Assembly: GCA_044356725.1 (NCBI GenBank)
Contig: JBIKVS010000007.1
Location: 1-52,498 of the forward strand
From: Minisyncoccia bacterium
GTDB lineage: Bacteria; Patescibacteriota; Minisyncoccia; SW-4-49-11
Reading direction: 5' to 3'
DNA: 52,498 nucleotides
In this document: positions 19,845 to 29,513 of the stretch, piece after piece
Position numbering within the stretch: position 1 is the first letter of the stretch
Layout of the letters: each line of letters starts with the position of its first letter
Notes under the pieces: generated by a model
Seen by the model: the letters and a program-made list of their open reading frames with translations, nothing else
What the model was told of the DNA's origin: nothing
The model's database searches: none
Program-made: the position numbers and the translations under genes

Positions 19845-21965
19845 TTATTTAGCAGTTCTCTTATCAATAATCTCTTGTTGTACATTACTTGGTACCGGTT
19901 GATAATCATTGAATTCCATCACTGCATTTCCTCGTCCTTGTGTCATAGACCTCAGAGTAGTTACATATCCAAACATTGAAGATAGAGGCACTTTAGCTGA
20001 GACAACTTTGAGTCCTCCAGTTCTATCATTCATCTCTTCTATTAGACCTCGTCGTGAGTTTAGATCCCCTACTACATCTCCCATATATTGTTCTGGGATA
20101 GTTACCTCTACTGCCATAATAGGCTCTAGAAGAATAGGACTAGCTTTTTTGACAGCGGCTGAGAGAGCCATAGAACCAGCAATTTTGAAAGCTGATTCAG
20201 AGGAGTCAACATCATGGTAAGACCCATCATAAACTGTAGCCTTGATATTTATCAATGGATATCCAGCAATAACACCACGATCAATAGATTCCTTAACTCC
20301 CTTTTCAATAGCTGGGACATATTCGGATGGAATAGATCCTCCCTTTAATTCATTACCAAAGATATAATGTTGAGGTTTCTTTGGGTCAATTTCCACAGTT
20401 TCAGGATCAAATGATTCAACTCGAAGATAAACATCTCCATATTGTCCTTTACCTCCAGACTGCTTGATATATTTACCTTGAGCTTCAGCAGTTCCACGAA
20501 TAGTTTCTTTGTAAGCTACTTGTGGTTGTCCTACATTAACTTCTACTCCAAATTCTCGCTTCATTCTATCTACAATAATATCTAGATGTAGCTCACCCAT
20601 ACCTGCAATCAGAGTATCTCCAGTCACTTCATCGGTGCTTACTTTCAAAGTTGGATCCTCATCAGATAATTTATGTAAAGCTAAGCTCATTTTTTCTTGG
20701 TCAACTTTAGTCTTTGGCTCTAATTTAATCTGAATAACTGGTTCTGGAATTACAATTTTCTCAAGTATAATTGGGTTTTTCTCATCACAAAGAGTATCTC
20801 CAGTAGTGGTATTCTTAAGTCCAACAATAGCTCCAATTTCTCCAGCAGATAATTCTTCTACTTCAGTTCTGGAATTAGCATGCATCAATACTAAACGAGA
20901 AATTCTCTCTTTCTCACCCTTAGTAGAGTTATATACATAGCTTCCACTCTTCAAAACTCCAGAATATACGCGGAAGAATACTAATTGACCAATATAAGGG
21001 TCAGTTGCAATCTTGAAGGCAAGACCAGCAAATGGTTCTTCCTTATCTGCTTTTCTAACTAATTCCTTTTCCTCATCATGCACATCAGTTCCTTTAGCAG
21101 CATCGATATCTAGAGGAGATGGTAAGTACTCAATTACAGCATCAAGTAATTTTCTTACAATCGCTGTTCTAGAATCTCCTCCCATTACTGGGAAAATTTT
21201 AGACTCAAGAGTTCCTTTTCGAATAGCATATTTTAACTCATCAGTAGACAATTCTCCATCATTTAAGAATAGTTCAATCAATCTATCATCAACTTCAGAC
21301 ACTTTTTCCATCAAAACTTGTCGATACTCCTCTACCTGTTCTAACATATCTGCAGGAACTTCAGCTTCTACAATTTCAGTCATACCTGCCTCATCAGCAT
21401 AGACATAAGCTTTATTCTCAACCAAGTCTACAAGTCCACGAATTCCTTGCTCAAATCCAATAGGCAAAGCAATTACCACTGCATCTTTAGATAGTCTTTC
21501 TTGAATAGATTCAAAGGATTTAAAGAAATCTCCTCCAGTCTGATTGATTTTATTAACAAAACAAATTCTAGGTACATTATATCTGTCAGCCTGTCTCCAT
21601 ACAGTCTCAGATTGAGGTTCTACCCCAGATTTACCATCGAATACAGTTACAGCTCCATCCAAAACTCTAAGAGATCTCTCAACCTCCATAGTAAAGTCTA
21701 CGTGACCAGGAGTATCAATAATATTAATTCTATGATCCTTCCAAAAACAAGTAGTAGCTGCTGAGGTAATAGTAATTCCTCTTTCTCGCTCCTGTGCCAT
21801 CCAGTCCATTTCTGCTGCTCCATCATGTACTTCACCAATTTTATGCTTCAGACCAGTGAAATACAAAATTCTCTCGGTAGTAGTGGTTTTACCAGCATCG
21901 ATATGGGCAATAATCCCAATATTACGAACATCCTTTAGAGGAATATCTTGATTATTTTTGGACAT
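19845..21965 (-). CDS. fusA: Elongation factor G
   Basis: [42 protein letters not shown]. Confidence 0.99.
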   Translation of the reverse strand: MSKNNQDIPLKDVRNIGIIAHIDAGKTTTTERILYFTGLKHKIGEVHDGAAEMDWMAQERERGITITSAATTCFWKDHRINIIDTPGHVDFTMEVERSLRVLDGAVTVFDGKSGVEPQSETVWRQADRYNVPRICFVNKINQTGGDFFKSFESIQERLSKDAVVIALPIGFEQGIRGLVDLVENKAYVYADEAGMTEIVEAEVPADMLEQVEEYRQVLMEKVSEVDDRLIELFLNDGELSTDELKYAIRKGTLESKIFPVMGGDSRTAIVRKLLDAVIEYLPSPLDIDAAKGTDVHDEEKELVRKADKEEPFAGLAFKIATDPYIGQLVFFRVYSGVLKSGSYVYNSTKGEKERISRLVLMHANSRTEVEELSAGEIGAIVGLKNTTTGDTLCDEKNPIILEKIVIPEPVIQIKLEPKTKVDQEKMSLALHKLSDEDPTLKVSTDEVTGDTLIAGMGELHLDIIVDRMKREFGVEVNVGQPQVAYKETIRGTAEAQGKYIKQSGGKGQYGDVYLRVESFDPETVEIDPKKPQHYIFGNELKGGSIPSEYVPAIEKGVKESIDRGVIAGYPLINIKATVYDGSYHDVDSSESAFKIAGSMALSAAVKKASPILLEPIMAVEVTIPEQYMGDVVGDLNSRRGLIEEMNDRTGGLKVVSAKVPLSSMFGYVTTLRSMTQGRGNAVMEFNDYQPVPSNVQQEIIDKRTAK

Positions 21966-22042
21966 AGTATTTGATTATTAATTACTAATTTATATAGACT
22001 GAGTCAATTAATTTAAGCAGAGCAGTAAGGATTAACCAGAAT

Positions 22043-22510
22043 TTATCTCAAGTGAGCAAAAGCACGGTTAGCCTCAGCCATTCTCTGGGTATCATCTTTT
22101 TTCTTAATCACAGTTCCTGTTTGATTAAAAGCATCCATTAACTCTTCGGCTAATTTTTTATCTGTAGATTTACCTTTTTTCTTACGAACAGCATCCAACA
22201 TCCATCTAAAAGCAAGAGAAGTTTTACGAGCTGGTCTTACCTCTACAGGCACCTGATAATTCGCTCCTCCAACTCTTCTAGACTTAACCTCCACAGCTGG
22301 AGAAACATTCTTGATAGCAGTATTGAATACATTCAAAGGGTCTTGAGAGTATTCTTTTTCAATAATATCCATAGCTCCATAAAAAACATTACGGGCTACT
22401 GATTTTTTACCATTTAACATAATGTAGTTGATAAATTGAGAAACTAAAAGATTTTTGTATCTTGGATCAAGTTCAATTTCTCTAGTGTAATTCCTTTTCC
22501 TTCTAGGCAT
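22043..22510 (-). CDS. rpsG: 30S ribosomal protein S7
   Basis: GKKSVA, SRRVGGANYQVP, MAEANRAFAH. Confidence 0.99.
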   Translation of the reverse strand: MPRRKRNYTREIELDPRYKNLLVSQFINYIMLNGKKSVARNVFYGAMDIIEKEYSQDPLNVFNTAIKNVSPAVEVKSRRVGGANYQVPVEVRPARKTSLAFRWMLDAVRKKKGKSTDKKLAEELMDAFNQTGTVIKKKDDTQRMAEANRAFAHLR

Positions 22511-22536
22511 AATATTTAAAATATCTTAATAAAAAT

Positions 22537-22950
22537 CTATTGTTTAGGTCTTTTAACCCCATATTTACTTCGCTCTTGAGACCTACCATCAACTCCAGCA
22601 GTATCCAAAACACCTCGAACAATATGATATCTTACTCCAGGCAAATCTTTCACTCTTCCACCTCTTAGCATTACAACGGAGTGCTCCTGTAAATTATGTC
22701 CCATACCTGGGATATAGGCGGTAACTTCCTGTCCATTAGATAATCTTACTCTAGCAATTTTACGAAGAGCAGAGTTAGGCTTCTTAGGAGTGATAGTAGT
22801 GACCTTCACACATACACCTCTTTTGAAAGGAGCATTACTCTCTAAAGGCTTATTTTTAAGAACATTAAAGGTTCTCCCTAAAGCTGGAGACTTGGTTTTT
22901 TTGATAGAAGTCTTGCGACCTCGTCGTACTAATTGTTGTATAGTAGGCAT
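22537..22950 (-). CDS. rpsL: 30S ribosomal protein S12
   Basis: True start at 22950 (MPTIQQLVR); [21 protein letters not shown]. Confidence 0.99.
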   Translation of the reverse strand: MPTIQQLVRRGRKTSIKKTKSPALGRTFNVLKNKPLESNAPFKRGVCVKVTTITPKKPNSALRKIARVRLSNGQEVTAYIPGMGHNLQEHSVVMLRGGRVKDLPGVRYHIVRGVLDTAGVDGRSQERSKYGVKRPKQ

Positions 22951-23032
22951 AAAATAATAATTATAATTAGCGGGGCGAGTATTCCTTACACCTTGAATAC
23001 TCAAAAGCACACCTCTTTTGGGAACTTATATT

Positions 23033-23061
23033 ATTGTATTATATATCTTATTATTTGTCAA
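23033..23061 (-). promoter_or_regulatory. str-operon sigma70 promoter
   Basis: TTGACA, 17-nt spacer, TACAAT on the minus strand. Confidence 0.75.
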
Positions 23062-23075
23062 TATTAGGGAATATG

Positions 23076-23473
23076 ATTATAAATTATGAATGGTGAATGA
23101 TGATTTGTAATTTATGAGTTTCGTAGGGGCGACATTATGTCGCCTGTGGTATTATTGTCTCCCTTCCATCCCTACGGGAGGCAGGCGGAGGGAGTACCCG
23201 TAAAAAGGCTTTAGCCTTTGGGAAAGGGGTCGGGAAAACGGTAGTTTTCCTGTGGAGGAAGGTTGGGAAACCGTAAGGTTTCACAGGAGCAAATCTTATT
23301 TGCGACGGGGGAGGGTGGATAAACTTTGGAATACTAAAATAAACTTTATAACAACAACATTAGACTTAGTCCTCCTCCGTCCCTCCCATATTAATATGGG
23401 AGGGACACCTCCCCCAAGGGAGGACAATAAACTGTCCCTAGCTGGCGAGGGTGACGACGAAGTCGACGGGTGT
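23076..23473. repeat. Composite repeat cluster (heptamer array, GTAG-REP, inverted copy of 27518-27739)
   Basis: GTAGGGGCGAC-ATTAT-GTCGCC at 23123-23144; 23155-23379 is a near-identical reverse complement of 27518-27739. Confidence 0.9.
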
Positions 23474-23571
23474 GGAAAAAATACTCTAAAATATCTAACC
23501 TACAAAACCCTAAATTTGACATAGTCTAACATTTAGAATATTATCAAAACTAGAGTTAGGACATTTCTTCT

Positions 23572-23778
23572 ATGAGACTAAGAAAACGTTTATTTATACT
23601 AAGAAGACTTATTGAAAGAATAATACAATCTGAAATAACTCATATAGTTCCAATAATACTACTTATATTGATAGCACATATAGCTATCCTAATCTGGGTG
23701 ATAGCCTCTCAAATTTATCTCTTAGCTCAACAAATTCAATCATATCTAAAGTCTAGACCACACTCTCCTACTCTGTAG
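23572..23778 (+). CDS. Small basic/hydrophobic hypothetical protein
   Basis: 68-aa ORF behind TTGACA-17-TATTAT (from 23516), ending in the hairpin CTCTCCTAC/GTAGGAGAG-TTTT (23763-23787). Confidence 0.45.
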   Translation: MRLRKRLFILRRLIERIIQSEITHIVPIILLILIAHIAILIWVIASQIYLLAQQIQSYLKSRPHSPTL

Positions 23779-23851
23779 GAGAGTTTTAATTAAAATTGAC
23801 ATTTTTGTTAATTTATGTTAATTATACAGATGCTCCATCGCTCTTTAACAA

Positions 23852-24910
23852 GTGAAAATTTTGCAATTGACTTTACTATTCCTTCTTGGATTTCACCTCT
23901 CCATTGCTCCAGTAATGGCACAGTCAAGTTCAAATTTAAATGACCAGTATATCCCAGCAATCATAATTGTAGTTGTATTTTTATATCTAGGAAAGGCATT
24001 AAAAACAATATCTGGAAATACGGCCTTTGCAATTGTATCTACCTTTCAAAAGTATACAAGGGTAGTAGGACCTGGCTTAAAATTTTTAATTTGGCCAATT
24101 CAGGAGATAGAAGAGATTTTTCCCTCTACCCAAGTTTCAATTGGAGTAAGTGAATTAACGACTGCGGTCAGAGGAGAGAATAAAAAAGAATATGATAATC
24201 GTGTAGCTGGATTGTCTAAAGAAGAAAGAGCTAAAAATCCTCAATTCACACAAGCTGGAGAAATTACAATAGACAGTCCGACTATCTTACTTAGATTTCC
24301 CAAACCTGGTATGGTTCCAGATTTACAATTAATTGATATTGCTGAAGTATGGCCTTCAGTACCTGGAGAGTTTGCTTCACAAGAAGAAAAAGATAACTTT
24401 CAAAATGAGCTTGAAGGTATATTTAAAGACTTCCTAGAAGATATTTTCCAAGAGGCTGTAGATGGATACTCTTGGTATTCTATTTATCTTAACAGGCAGG
24501 CAATTGTCAACAATATGAATAGAATTCTTGAAAATAGAGTGTCATCAGCTACACACTCAACTGGAAATCAGAGAGATCCCGTTTATCTATTAAGCCTAAT
24601 TCCCCATCAACTAGTTCAACTCACCACGGGGCAACTACATATTCCTGAAGAATATCGTCAAGCTATAGAGAAATTAGGGATATCTTCCTTGGAGGCTGCA
24701 GCTGAAATTACCAGAACAGAAGGGAATACAACCAGCTTGCAAATGATGATGAATATGATGACTACAGATAAAGAACTATCCCTGGCTTTAAGGCAACTTG
24801 ATATACAAGAAGCAGCAGCAAAGAATGGGACACTAAACATAAATCAATATAATCTAGATCCAAGTGCTATGCAAGCATTAGCGAATATACTGTTATCGAA
24901 AAAATCTTAA
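23852..24910 (+). CDS. Divergent SPFH/band-7-like membrane protein
   Basis: TM helix followed by AIVSTFQKYTRVVGPGLKFLIWPIQEI; C-terminal coiled segment; terminator hairpin at 24921-24950. Confidence 0.6.
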   Translation: MKILQLTLLFLLGFHLSIAPVMAQSSSNLNDQYIPAIIIVVVFLYLGKALKTISGNTAFAIVSTFQKYTRVVGPGLKFLIWPIQEIEEIFPSTQVSIGVSELTTAVRGENKKEYDNRVAGLSKEERAKNPQFTQAGEITIDSPTILLRFPKPGMVPDLQLIDIAEVWPSVPGEFASQEEKDNFQNELEGIFKDFLEDIFQEAVDGYSWYSIYLNRQAIVNNMNRILENRVSSATHSTGNQRDPVYLLSLIPHQLVQLTTGQLHIPEEYRQAIEKLGISSLEAAAEITRTEGNTTSLQMMMNMMTTDKELSLALRQLDIQEAAAKNGTLNINQYNLDPSAMQALANILLSKKS

Positions 24911-25025
24911 CTCATCCCTCATCCACTTTGCCTCGGCATAGTGGATTTTTTATTAATATTTATTGATATTGACATATAACATATTTTGTGATAGCTTAAG
25001 CAAGATCTCATTCTGTTCTTTACAA

Positions 25026-25880
25026 ATGAACAAATCCAATCTCCGCATTTTGATTGCAGTGGCTGTTTACATTATGGTAACAGTAATTGCAGTATCTTCT
25101 GGTTGGTGGTTAGTTGGTCTTGTGCTAATAGTTGGTGGTGGATTAATTCTATATAGAATTAGTGGAGCTAGTGTAGGGATAACCCAACTAGATTTCCTGA
25201 AAAAAATACCCGGGAACAAATCTTGGTTGGTTTATGGATTAGTGGCACTGTCCACACTCTACTATGTTCTACTAGGATTTGGAGTGTTCAAATGGGAGTG
25301 GGTTCAGTTTAATGTTTTGATTATGCTTTTAATCATTGCATTATCTGCTATCCTTGCTGGGAGTAAAGATATTCCATCTAGTCTCCAAGGAGTTATTAAG
25401 TTATGGGCTTTATTAAGTATTGCGGGAATATTAGCTTTAATGATAGCAATACGTTTTGCTCCTGGCCTAATCGATAGTTTAGACTATTCTCATTCTTCAA
25501 CTCCCCCCGAGCAATCCACCCAGCAAGAGCAACTTGCTCCTGCTCCGGTAGAGGAAGATATTGATAAAAGAGCAATATTGCCAAGGACTAACAATCCTAT
25601 ATACCTTACTCAAAGTGGTCAATATAAAGTGAAACCAGGAAAATATAGACTTTGTTTCTCCTGGTTGGGAGATGAGACAGGATATTATAATCAAGGATTG
25701 AGGATAGATAATGAAGAGTTTATATCTAATGGACTAAATTGTTTCCCTAAAAATATTAGCTCTAATCTTGTAAATGTTGAATTTATAAATCCACCTCAAA
25801 CAGAAGTAGACACATATATGATGACACGAAATAAGAAAGGTGGTCAAGGATTATATCCATTTCTTGAGACAACAGAATAA
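25026..25880 (+). CDS. Hypothetical membrane protein (about 5 TM helices plus a soluble C-terminal domain)
   Basis: Likely ATG at 25026 (MNKSNLRIL), downstream of TTGACA at 24969; hydrophobic N-terminal half. Confidence 0.75.
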   Translation: MNKSNLRILIAVAVYIMVTVIAVSSGWWLVGLVLIVGGGLILYRISGASVGITQLDFLKKIPGNKSWLVYGLVALSTLYYVLLGFGVFKWEWVQFNVLIMLLIIALSAILAGSKDIPSSLQGVIKLWALLSIAGILALMIAIRFAPGLIDSLDYSHSSTPPEQSTQQEQLAPAPVEEDIDKRAILPRTNNPIYLTQSGQYKVKPGKYRLCFSWLGDETGYYNQGLRIDNEEFISNGLNCFPKNISSNLVNVEFINPPQTEVDTYMMTRNKKGGQGLYPFLETTE

Positions 25881-25893
25881 TTTATTAAAATAT

Positions 25894-25929
25894 AAACCTA
25901 CTCAAGCAATTGCAAGAGTAGGTTTTCTT
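25894..25929. terminator. Bidirectional terminator between convergent genes
   Basis: AAACCTACTC...GAGTAGGTTT inverted repeat. Confidence 0.7.
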
Positions 25930-25930
25930 T

Positions 25931-26830
25931 TTACACAGCTAAAGCACTAATTACATATTGTGTTATCAAGAAAGAACCCATAATAATCATCAACCCAACT
26001 ATAGCATTCCTAATCCCCTCTAAGGCCTGTCCTACTTCTCCTGGATTAGAGCTAGTCATATATTTGAAGCCAGAGGCGACTAATACTGCTACTGTAATAG
26101 CTCCTAATATACCTAAGAGAGCATTGATAATCCCAGCAATTAGAGCTGTAATACTATTGAATCTACTTGGGTTTATAAATCCAACTGTCTGCGGTGAGCT
26201 AGCGTCAGATGTAGTGCCATTATCTGCAGGTGACCCTGTAGTAGCAGCATTATTTTCACATTTTGGTTCAGTATTATTTATGTTAACACATACAGTATTC
26301 CCTACACATGGAGCTGCCCCACATTTACCATCGGAGCTTACAGCATTATTTTCACATTTTGGTCCGGTATTATTTATGTTAACACATACAGTATTCCCTA
26401 CACATGGAGCTGCCCCACAAGTTGGAGGAGTTGAACCTCCTGGATTACCTGTTGGAGTTTTAGTAGTATCACAAGTAAGATTATCTCCACTACCTTGTCG
26501 TTGACAAGTTCCTAACCTACCATTATCTTTACAAGCATCATTTGGTTGAGACTTATTAAAACAATCTTCCCAAGCTGTTAATGTATTTGTATTATCTTTT
26601 TTTGTGCTATTACAATACAATCTTCCCTCTCCATTTCTATCACATTTTCCTTGTGTATCTGTTGGCTCTGGGTTTCGCCCAGAAAGTTGTACTTTATATG
26701 AGCAATCTTGTCCATTAACTTTATTATTACAAGCGGTAATTTGATTCTGTGCTGTTGTCTGAGCAGAAGCCCAATTAACACTAGCCAAAGAAATTATACT
26801 GATTGCTATTAAGAATATATATTTTTTCAT
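25931..26830 (-). CDS. VirB2/TrbC-like pilin-domain protein with Cys-rich N-terminal region
   Basis: Signal peptide; Cys-rich modules including a duplicated CGAAPCVGNTVCVNINNTxPKCENNA; C-terminal ..SGFKYMTS..A...IRNAIVGL.II pilin core. Confidence 0.8.
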   Translation of the reverse strand: MKKYIFLIAISIISLASVNWASAQTTAQNQITACNNKVNGQDCSYKVQLSGRNPEPTDTQGKCDRNGEGRLYCNSTKKDNTNTLTAWEDCFNKSQPNDACKDNGRLGTCQRQGSGDNLTCDTTKTPTGNPGGSTPPTCGAAPCVGNTVCVNINNTGPKCENNAVSSDGKCGAAPCVGNTVCVNINNTEPKCENNAATTGSPADNGTTSDASSPQTVGFINPSRFNSITALIAGIINALLGILGAITVAVLVASGFKYMTSSNPGEVGQALEGIRNAIVGLMIIMGSFLITQYVISALAV

Positions 26831-26845
26831 ATTGATATTATTAGA

Positions 26846-27334
26846 TTAATTATTGCGATTATTACGGTTCGTATTCTGATTGTTGTTATTGTTTGTACTA
26901 CTATTTTGGGTGCTATTAGTAGTATTAGTATTAGTATTAGATCGAAAGACAAATGACAATACTGCATTCGAGGCTACAAAGGCAAAGAATATTATAATAA
27001 GTCCAATGACAGCATTGACCATTCTACTCTGAGCTGATTTAGCTTTATCTTGATTATCTCCAGCTGTAGCATATTCAAACCCAGCGAATAGGAATATTAC
27101 AAAGACTATAATACCAATCAAGCTTAATAACCAAGTTATAATCAGCTCCACTGCATCTATGAAACTAGTCCCTTCAAATACTCCCGTAACTTCAGGATCT
27201 GGAATTACACCTTTATCTGGAAGTGTAGCGTCAGGAGGTCTGACTCCTGCATATACCTCATTAGTCACAAAGCTATTATTACTATTAAATAGTATAATTC
27301 CTAATATTGATACGATTAATATAGATAGTTTCAT
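26846..27334 (-). CDS. VirB2/TrbC-like pilin with Asn/Thr-rich tail
   Basis: AGFEYATAGDNQDKAKSAQSRMVNAVIGLIIIFFAF core. Confidence 0.85.
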   Translation of the reverse strand: MKLSILIVSILGIILFNSNNSFVTNEVYAGVRPPDATLPDKGVIPDPEVTGVFEGTSFIDAVELIITWLLSLIGIIVFVIFLFAGFEYATAGDNQDKAKSAQSRMVNAVIGLIIIFFAFVASNAVLSFVFRSNTNTNTTNSTQNSSTNNNNNQNTNRNNRNN

Positions 27335-27454
27335 ATATGTTTATTATGATAATATAATTATATCAGAAAAATATTTATATAACAACTATATGTACTAGCT
27401 TATATAATCATAGCCAAATTACTAAGTAAATGTGATCAATATATTAAAGAAATA

Positions 27455-27790
27455 CATATAGTATTAACGAAATAACTGTCCTCCTTTCTACCTACGGCAG
27501 ATAAATAGAGGAAGTGCCGGAGGAAGACTAAGTCTAATGTTGTTGTTATAAAGTTTATTTTAATATTCCAAAGTTTATCCACCCTCCCCCGTCGCAAATA
27601 AGATTTGCTCCTGTGAAACCTCACGGGTTCCCAACCTTCCTCCACAGGAAAACTACCGTTTTCCCGACCCCTTTCCCAAAGGATAATATCCTACGGGTAC
27701 CCCCTCCACTTGCCTCCCGTAGGGATGGAAGGGAGACAAAATAAATTTCAAACTTAAAATATTGTCTACGATGTTTCTCATCTTTTTCAC
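27455..27790 (+). repeat. Palindromic intergenic element, expanded copy 4
   Basis: Same framework and right end as copies 1-3, with extra modules nested inside the hairpins. Confidence 0.88.
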
Positions 27791-27796
27791 CCTATA

Positions 27797-27851
27797 TTTA
27801 TCCCCAAAATAAAAAGAGAGCTTGAAACTCTCCTTTTATTTTGGGGATAAA
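27797..27851. terminator. Long terminator hairpin after the 129-aa pilin
   Basis: TTTATCCCCAAAATAAAA / TTTTATTTTGGGGATAAA inverted repeat. Confidence 0.8.
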
Positions 27852-27854
27852 TGG

Positions 27855-28244
27855 TTAAGTTCTTTCTGTAAATATAAATGCTAAAATTGTATTGGAGGCT
27901 ACAAAGGCAAAGAATATTATTATAAGTCCAATAACAGCATTAACCATTCTCTTCTGTGCATTTGAAGCCTTTCCTTCATCTCCTCCAGCCGTAGCATATT
28001 CAAAACCAGCGAATAAGAAAATTAAAAATACAACAATACCTATAAACCCAAGTGCCCATTGTATAACTATCTCTATTGAATCAATTAGATTCGTAGACTG
28101 ATTAGTACCCGCTACTTGAGGTATAGCTCCTATAGGTCTATTATCTGACCTTGGTTTAGCAGCACCTACCATAACAGGAGCTAATAATAACAAAAGTAAT
28201 GTAACTCTGTTAGATATTGATTTTAATGTTTTGATAGTATTCAT
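27855..28244 (-). CDS. VirB2/TrbC-like pilin
   Basis: AGFEYATAGGDEGKASNAQKRMVNAVIGLIIIFFAF; close paralogue of 26846-27334. Confidence 0.87.
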   Translation of the reverse strand: MNTIKTLKSISNRVTLLLLLLAPVMVGAAKPRSDNRPIGAIPQVAGTNQSTNLIDSIEIVIQWALGFIGIVVFLIFLFAGFEYATAGGDEGKASNAQKRMVNAVIGLIIIFFAFVASNTILAFIFTERT

Positions 28245-28339
28245 AAGAATATATATAAATTATTAATATTAAGTTCTGTTATAATTATAAATTATTTTAA
28301 AAAAGTTTGCAAGGGGTAAAATTGTGGATAACTTTTTAT

Positions 28340-28678
28340 TTATAAGTTAAATATAAATCCTAAGACTGTATTGGATATTACAAAGGCAAAACCTATGATG
28401 AATAGTCCTATCACTGCATTAGTTATAGTAGATATTGCATCTTGTGTCTTTTTGCTGTCTCCTCCGGCTGTAGCATAATTAAATCCAGCAACTATAATTA
28501 TTACAAATAGAATAATTCCAGTTAAACCTAGGCTCCACCTAACAATATTAGCAACAAAACTAAATAAATCGCCTTGTTCTGTAACTCCAGTTCCTGTTGG
28601 GACTCCTAAAACTGGAGGTGGACTTTCTTGAGCTCGGGCCGTGGATATTATAAGGTTTAGAAAAAATAATTTTAGCAT
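28340..28678 (-). CDS. VirB2/TrbC-like pilin (minimal form)
   Basis: AGFNYATAGGDSKKTQDAISTITNAVIGLFIIGFAF. Confidence 0.87.
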   Translation of the reverse strand: MLKLFFLNLIISTARAQESPPPVLGVPTGTGVTEQGDLFSFVANIVRWSLGLTGIILFVIIIVAGFNYATAGGDSKKTQDAISTITNAVIGLFIIGFAFVISNTVLGFIFNL

Positions 28679-28709
28679 ATATGTTATTTATATTAAGATA
28701 ATGTATAGT

Positions 28710-29483
28710 CTATCTTCTTCCGTTATTATTGCGATTGTTGTTACGATTGTTATTATTGCGATTATTATTCGATTGATTTTGCTGTTCTGTTCCTGTTTCT
28801 GTTGTAGTTGACCCTCCTCCACTATTAATAAGTCCACTAGTCACAAAATTAGTTATCAAAAAGGCTCCCATAATTATTAGAAGTCCTACTACTGCATTAC
28901 CAATTGCACCTACTGCTGAAGCTGTCTTGCTAGAGTCTCCACCAGCTGTCATATATAGATATCCTTGAATTACTATAATTACAAAGAATACTGTACCTAA
29001 AAGTCCCAATATCCATCTAATTATATTAGCTACATACCCGATTAAAGTTCCCTCTGTATTAAGGCCTGAGCCAGCTCCTTGAAACTGTTGTAAGCCTTGT
29101 TGAAGTCCAGTTGGGTTGGTTCCAACTCCTGTGGGAACTTCAGCACTTTCATTGCCTGCTGTAGTATTACTACCACCTCTATTTGGAGCCGGCTGAAGTT
29201 GTGCTTTAGCAGAAGCTGGAGCATCATCTACACAAATACCTGTTGTTGCATTAGCTGTTGCCTTTACACAGACTTTGTTTGGATCGCATCCATCTGAGCC
29301 ATTAGACTTTTTACATCCTGTAGCAGTAGCCCTACATTCTAAGAAACCATCCGCTTTTTTGATACACTGTTGCCCATTGGGACAAGTTGCTGGGCATTTA
29401 TCTTTTGACTGTGCATTAGTAATGTTCGTATTGCCAAAGAAGATAAATACTAGACATAAACTGATTGTATATAGGTATTTCAT
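28710..29483 (-). CDS. VirB2/TrbC-like pilin with Cys-rich N-terminus and Asn/Arg tail
   Basis: Signal peptide, 8-Cys region, GYLYMTAGGDSSKTASA...GNAVVGLLII core, NNNRNNN tail. Confidence 0.85.
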   Translation of the reverse strand: MKYLYTISLCLVFIFFGNTNITNAQSKDKCPATCPNGQQCIKKADGFLECRATATGCKKSNGSDGCDPNKVCVKATANATTGICVDDAPASAKAQLQPAPNRGGSNTTAGNESAEVPTGVGTNPTGLQQGLQQFQGAGSGLNTEGTLIGYVANIIRWILGLLGTVFFVIIVIQGYLYMTAGGDSSKTASAVGAIGNAVVGLLIIMGAFLITNFVTSGLINSGGGSTTTETGTEQQNQSNNNRNNNNRNNNRNNNGRR

Positions 29484-29513
29484 ATTATATTACTTTAATA
29501 TATTTTCATTATA

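Noticed and set aside
19762-19845. Absence of tuf after fusA
   Set aside because: Split str operons are not rare; a clear terminator follows fusA and tuf is presumably elsewhere.
22951-23010. N-terminal extension of S12 in the ORF track (also extended starts for def, YhcG, 8216 and 24963)
   Set aside because: The upstream starts overlap promoters or leader hairpins; conserved or more plausible N-termini begin at the downstream ATGs.
26245-26419. Diversity-generating retroelement TR/VR pair
   Set aside because: Both copies are in frame within one gene, differ at only two sites, and no reverse transcriptase is present.
23252-27645. Twin ORFs MEEGWE(T/P)VRFHRSKSYLRRGRVDKLW (23252-23524 +, 27436-27645 -) that look like a duplicated gene
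   Set aside because: Both lie within the inverted copies of the palindromic repeat; the similarity is explained by the DNA repeat.
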